Shown here: positions 59,363-64,000 of the stretch, piece after piece
How the letters are laid out: every line of letters begins with the position of its first letter
How positions within the stretch are numbered: position 1 is the first letter of the stretch
Source: Patescibacteria group bacterium
GTDB lineage: Bacteria; Patescibacteriota; Minisyncoccia; Phycocordibacterales; Phycocordibacteraceae
DNA: 64,000 nt
NCBI GenBank assembly: GCA_040388985.1
Contig: JAZKAU010000002.1
Coordinates: 52,570-116,569, forward strand
Direction of reading: 5' to 3'
The notes under the pieces: model-generated
Told to the model about the DNA's origin: nothing
The model's database searches: none
The model's input: the letters and a program-made list of their open reading frames with translations, nothing else
Translations under genes and position numbers: made by a program

Positions 59363-60615
59363 AGATCATACGCATATAAAGCCCCGCTACGCTTATCCGT
59401 GAAGAACAGCATATCTTCTGCCGGGTCTACCGAAAGAGCGACCGCATCCACCGATATCGCCCCGATCTGTGACGGGTCAACGACTAGTGTCGCCACGCGC
59501 CCCGTCAGATCTATCTTCCATATCCTGTCGGTGAAGGATGTGGCTCCCTGATACCAGTCATCGGGCAGATTCCCCGAAAGCCCGGTAGGAACGCCGCAGT
59601 ATGCGGAGAGTCCGTTCGCCGCCCACGCACACTTCTCTGAAAGGGTCGCAACCGGAAGTGCGGTAGCTGAGTGGCTCGCTATGTCCAGAACAGCCAAGTG
59701 ATAGACTCCTCCACTGATGTAACTATATATGACCTCGCTCCCAGATGGGCTCGGAAGAAGGGAGAGACCTTGTAGCGGCCCTAAGATACGGGTAAACGCC
59801 CCGGACGTCCTATTTATACTGAAACCATAGCCCCCGACCTCTGAGGCAGCCTTAGTAGCTGCGTACAGGTTTCCGCTGGTGGGATGCACGATGATAGAGG
59901 AAAGGAGCGAGGAGAAGAGGGTGCGCGACTTACTGCCATCAGCTTGCGCTATAGTCCCGACCGAGCCGGTCGTACCAGAGAAAAGCGTGAAGAGCGTGCT
60001 GCTCCCGGCGACGCTTGCTTGTACAAGATCTTGTTCAAGCAGGTATCCAGAACCTCCCGTGGCATCCAGGGCATAGGTACCTACGTGCTCGCTACCGTCG
60101 GCTGAGGAGAGGAACTGCGCGTACGCACGCGTACCGTCAGCGGTCCAGGAGGCCCTCTGTACGCCCGGCAAGGTCTTATTGCTGATACGCACCAGGGTAC
60201 GCGCGTGCGCGGTATACGCATAGACGTTCCCGCTCGCGCGATCGATAAAGCGTCCCTCGACATCAGGTATCGTGGGCGGCTTTGCGAGGGTCGTGGAGGC
60301 GGTCGATGATGCATTAACCGCCGTATCAGTAGTCGGTACGCCCGGCAACTGGACATCTATTGCGCTCATGCCAAGCGCGATCGGACCGTCAGTTACTTTT
60401 ACGAGACGCGGCGCGATATCCACCCCTGCACTCGATACGACTTCGTCGGTGCTCGGAAGATCACCACCCGGGGTAACGGTACCACTTCCGGTATTACCGA
60501 AAGGATTCCCTACCGAAAGCGTCGCTGCGCCTTTCGAAAAGATTAGGAAGTATATGCCGATAGCGATGCCGAGGACGACGATCACTCCCGCAACGATGAT
60601 AAGTATGCGTCTCAT
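59359..60615 (-). CDS. Membrane-anchored beta-propeller-like protein
   Basis: N-terminal TM, WD/TolB-like strands, LPDDWYQG motif. Confidence 0.65.
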   Translation of the reverse strand: MRRILIIVAGVIVVLGIAIGIYFLIFSKGAATLSVGNPFGNTGSGTVTPGGDLPSTDEVVSSAGVDIAPRLVKVTDGPIALGMSAIDVQLPGVPTTDTAVNASSTASTTLAKPPTIPDVEGRFIDRASGNVYAYTAHARTLVRISNKTLPGVQRASWTADGTRAYAQFLSSADGSEHVGTYALDATGGSGYLLEQDLVQASVAGSSTLFTLFSGTTGSVGTIAQADGSKSRTLFSSLLSSIIVHPTSGNLYAATKAASEVGGYGFSINRTSGAFTRILGPLQGLSLLPSPSGSEVIYSYISGGVYHLAVLDIASHSATALPVATLSEKCAWAANGLSAYCGVPTGLSGNLPDDWYQGATSFTDRIWKIDLTGRVATLVVDPSQIGAISVDAVALSVDPAEDMLFFTDKRSGALYAYDL

Positions 60616-60630
60616 AAGGTAGTAATCATA

Positions 60631-61608
60631 TTATTTCGGCTTTCCGCAGCAGATAGTATTGAGCGGACTTCCCGTACAACATCCGTGAGGAATAGCGAGG
60701 TATCCGTTAGCCGTGTTGCATTTATTTATCGAGGTCGCGGTAGTCGAAGCGATCTCCGTATATAGCATCTGGCATTGGTCGCCGGTTTGCGGCACGTTAG
60801 CATTCGCCGTACATACGTTGTAGTTGTTCTCATCAGTAGCGCATTGCTCGGAAGCAGGGACGACTCTGTATGTCGAAACGTCTTTTTTTACGCATCGATA
60901 CGTGATAGTCCCGTTGCTCTGCGTACATCGCGTAGCGTCAGCAGCCCTATCTCCTACATGCTCCCAGAGCATGGCATCTGATTCGGCAAATTGTCCGGGA
61001 ACTTTGACCTGACTGAGCTGGCCCGGCTGTAGCTGGCTAACGTCGAGGGAGAGGTTGAGTATCTTAGGGTTGATGATTCCGAAGACGATGGCGGGCGAGA
61101 GAACGAGCACGAGACCTATAAGGGCATTCTGTATGAGCGATTTAGCGTGCTCGTTGCCCGACACGCTGCCTTTATTCACCATGAACTCGAAGCCGGCACG
61201 CATGATCTGGATCACGGCGATGACTGCCGCAGCACCTATGCAGAGCTTATAGAGCCCGTTGAAAAAGGTCGGCAGATTCGGACTGTTCGCCGCTTCGATA
61301 AAGCCAGGGATAACGTTGAGGGGAACGAAGGCGCTGGTTACGGGAGCGGAATCCACCTGTGTCGCTTGTTGCGGCGCAGCCCCTTGCGTTGCAGGAGCGT
61401 TCGTTGGCTTAGCTGCGGGAGCGGGAGTCGAAGCTGGCTGGCTGGCTGGCGTCCCGTTCGCCGGCTGGCCCTCAGGCACGGGCGCGACAGGCGCAGGTCT
61501 GGTCACTGGCCCAGAGGTCTCCTGTGCATAGCTTGCAAGCGGCGCACACATGCCTAAGAGAATGAGTATCTGAGCGGTGCCGAGCGCGATGGTGCGGAAG
61601 TGTTTCAT
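60631..61608 (-). CDS. VirB2/TrbC-like pilin-domain protein with Cys-rich tail
   Basis: Signal peptide, P/A-rich linker, AG...M...G......AK..I.NA.IGL pilin hairpin. Confidence 0.7.
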   Translation of the reverse strand: MKHFRTIALGTAQILILLGMCAPLASYAQETSGPVTRPAPVAPVPEGQPANGTPASQPASTPAPAAKPTNAPATQGAAPQQATQVDSAPVTSAFVPLNVIPGFIEAANSPNLPTFFNGLYKLCIGAAAVIAVIQIMRAGFEFMVNKGSVSGNEHAKSLIQNALIGLVLVLSPAIVFGIINPKILNLSLDVSQLQPGQLSQVKVPGQFAESDAMLWEHVGDRAADATRCTQSNGTITYRCVKKDVSTYRVVPASEQCATDENNYNVCTANANVPQTGDQCQMLYTEIASTTATSINKCNTANGYLAIPHGCCTGSPLNTICCGKPK

Positions 61609-61610
61609 GG

Positions 61611-62585
61611 TCAGAATCCGAATATGCCGGTACTTGCAGCCCCGAAGGAGACCGAAAGCGAGTTACCTCCGGACTGGATCGGCGCGCTCGACTGTGCTTG
61701 TATGCCGAGAAGCGCCGTTCCTTTGCCGTTTCCTGACGGGCGTACGGTTATATCTTGCCCTGTCTGGCTCGCCGTTCCGTTCACCTGCCAAGTGAGGCTT
61801 GGGGCGGTCGAGAAGTAATACGGTACGGCACGGTAGCTCTGTTCCGAATCCGTCAGGGTCGTCGCGCTCCCGAGCGCATTCTCGTAGCGCGGGCCGAGCA
61901 GCGGATCATTCTCGTAGATACGCACGGTCGGATCGGTAGGAGAGATGAGCGTGCTGGCTGAGCCGACCACGCTGCTATCCTGGCTCGCTACGGTGACCGA
62001 TATCGTCGTATCCCGATAGCGCACCGGCGCGGTAGCGGTAAGTACTGACTTTCCTATGCCGCTCGAGCTCTGAAGGATCTGATCCCCGTTCTTCCAGGTA
62101 TAGACGAGATTCTCGGGCGCGATAGGCGTTCCCGCACTCGTGCGCAAGTCTGGAATCGCGATAAGCCGCAGACGCCCTTCGCTCCCGATGAGCGGGCTGC
62201 CGTCGTAGAACGGATGAGTGCTTGAAATAGGTTCAACGACGAGCGCGACGTCGGCCGGATGTATCACGAGCTGCTTGGTATAGGTCTGCCCGTTCTGCAC
62301 CGCAGTCACGGTGATAGTCGTCGTCTGACCCGGTCCTCCCACGGCGACGCTCGCGCTCTCAGCACCACTGCCCTTCTGTACGACCGTGCCGTTCACCGAG
62401 AACGTCACGGTGCTTGCGGAGAGGTCGATGAGCGTGCTTTGGGGAGTGACGGTCACTATCTGATACGGTTCAGGATACTGCGGGTCTATGGAAATGCTAA
62501 GTGGGTCGACATTACCGAACTGGGCATGCGCTGAAAGCGCCCCTAAGAGCAGCAAGATGCCTATGAAAGTGAGGCGTGCGCGCAT
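61611..62585 (-). CDS. Secreted Ig-like domain protein
   Basis: Signal peptide, beta-rich, L.Y.W motif, A.PYYFS. Confidence 0.6.
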   Translation of the reverse strand: MRARLTFIGILLLLGALSAHAQFGNVDPLSISIDPQYPEPYQIVTVTPQSTLIDLSASTVTFSVNGTVVQKGSGAESASVAVGGPGQTTTITVTAVQNGQTYTKQLVIHPADVALVVEPISSTHPFYDGSPLIGSEGRLRLIAIPDLRTSAGTPIAPENLVYTWKNGDQILQSSSGIGKSVLTATAPVRYRDTTISVTVASQDSSVVGSASTLISPTDPTVRIYENDPLLGPRYENALGSATTLTDSEQSYRAVPYYFSTAPSLTWQVNGTASQTGQDITVRPSGNGKGTALLGIQAQSSAPIQSGGNSLSVSFGAASTGIFGF

Positions 62586-62679
62586 TGCTCCCAGTATACC
62601 GCCTTATCTGCCCGGGAATGCCAGATTATACCCACTGAATCCCTGCTCGGCTTAGCAAGGCCAGCAACAGGAGGCAGTC

Positions 62680-63570
62680 TTAATTCACTCTGCTCGGTGC
62701 CTGACCATATCTGACCGCAGTCCCGTTATCCCGGAGGAATCTGAACGCCGACCGTATCTTTTCCGGGTAGGTCTCATCAGAACCCTGATCATTCTTTATC
62801 GTGATAACGAATTCTGCAGATTGCCAGGTGGAGCCACCCGCAAGCTCCCGTTCAGAATATTGCCTGTCGGCGAATCCGACCCCGGCGCTCCGCAGAAGCA
62901 TTCTCGCCTTACCAAGGTCGCTCTCCGGAACGACGAACTCGTTTGCCTTAAGCTGTTCCTCTATACGTTGGTCCGCATTCGCCCTGGACTTCTGAACAGC
63001 TGTTTCTGCTTCTTCGTCCTCTTCGTCGGACTCCTGCATCTCTTCGTCTTCGCGCTCCCGTTGCTCGAGCGCTTTCCGGTCTTGCAGTGCCGCTATTACC
63101 TTCTCGCCATAATCGAACCTCCTCTGCGCATCGGCAACTTCGGCCATCTTCGCTTCTCGCTGTGCTTTTTCAGCCTTAATCACCGCTTCTTCCTCGTCAC
63201 GTTTCCGGGAGTAATAGATAACCGTAATTACTCCAATTGTTATACCTGGTAGCGCGTCGAGAAACGGTACCAGCTCGATCACGAGAGAAATAAATGCAGT
63301 CGCAATTATTATGCCGGCGTGCCTGCCGGCAAAAAAGTTCACTCGCATCACACCGAACGCGACGAAAAAGAAACAGGATGCCAAAAATCCGACCAGGAAT
63401 GCGAATGGGGCACCGAGTACGGTAAGGTCGAGCAGAAACTGAAAACAATCAAGGATGAAGGCGATGCCGACCAAGAACCCGGCGACCACCAGAGGGACCT
63501 TATACGAAGCCTTTCCCTTAGGGATCTCATTCCAAACCCGTCGCGCACGATTCTTGAAGGTGTCTGCCAT
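62680..63570 (-). CDS. Membrane protein with coiled-coil/acidic C-terminus
   Basis: TM hairpins with IELVPF..ALPG motif. Confidence 0.6.
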   Translation of the reverse strand: MADTFKNRARRVWNEIPKGKASYKVPLVVAGFLVGIAFILDCFQFLLDLTVLGAPFAFLVGFLASCFFFVAFGVMRVNFFAGRHAGIIIATAFISLVIELVPFLDALPGITIGVITVIYYSRKRDEEEAVIKAEKAQREAKMAEVADAQRRFDYGEKVIAALQDRKALEQREREDEEMQESDEEDEEAETAVQKSRANADQRIEEQLKANEFVVPESDLGKARMLLRSAGVGFADRQYSERELAGGSTWQSAEFVITIKNDQGSDETYPEKIRSAFRFLRDNGTAVRYGQAPSRVN

Positions 63571-63616
63571 CTTTCTCAGTATAACGCGGACGATTATCCC
63601 GTAACCGGGAATCTAA

Positions 63617-64000
63617 CTACGCAACCTTAGTCTCCCCTTCTACCTCTGCTCGTTGCTTTTCTCGCTTGATAGCCAGGAGCTGCGACGGGTCGCTCGTTAT
63701 GATCTGATCCTCAGTGTAGGAAGCGACTATCTTGATAGCCACGTGCTTGAGACCTGCGAAGAAGAGCCCCTCCCCCACTCCAGACTCCAGAAGAAGGAAC
63801 TTCTCCTCGTCAGTCAGGTTGAAGGTTTCCTTGAGAATGTCGATGGTGGTCGGCGACTGCTTGAGAAGCAGCTGGATGGAAGAGTTCGTGAGGATAGGAC
63901 GGCCATACGGGCTCCTGAGGAAGTCCTCCACATCCTGCGTGATGGTGGCAAGCCCTAGGTAGTACTTGCGGCCCCGTTTGGCGAGGCTGTAGAGGAAGGA
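63617..64000 (-). CDS. VirB4-like ATPase C-terminus, partial
   Basis: AKRGRKYYLGLATITQDVEDF, NSSIQLLLKQ, GEGLFFAG. Confidence 0.88.
   Translation of the reverse strand, partial: SFLYSLAKRGRKYYLGLATITQDVEDFLRSPYGRPILTNSSIQLLLKQSPTTIDILKETFNLTDEEKFLLLESGVGEGLFFAGLKHVAIKIVASYTEDQIITSDPSQLLAIKREKQRAEVEGETKVA

Overview
About 64 kb of a small-genome bacterium, inferred to be Patescibacteria/CPR (Parcubacteria-like) from gene content, compact layout, many TrmB regulators and leaderless-type promoters. The right part is core chromosome around the probable origin: polA, tsaE, a PilB-like ATPase, ruvA/B/C, yebC, a class A PBP, dnaN-dnaA, rpmH-rnpA-yidC, and the end of a VirB4/pilin cluster. The left part has rplS, RluA and a ~19 kb island (8059-26954) where one LivH/M/G/F ABC core is surrounded by six Liv-type binding proteins and seven TrmB-family regulators. 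Across the window all nine TrmB genes sit head-to-head with one cargo gene (five binding proteins, two radical SAM enzymes, a queuosine-precursor transporter, a porin-like protein), and paralogs with similar recognition helices share similar intergenic palindromes. Nine tRNA genes are present. Three are physically coupled to HNH or LAGLIDADG nuclease genes, and three others are followed by antisense copies of their own T-arm plus structured modules. There is a dispersed family of MITE-like palindromic elements with a nested module, a candidate sRNA and several small ORFs absent from the ORF track. All calls come from reading motifs by eye; no searches were run.
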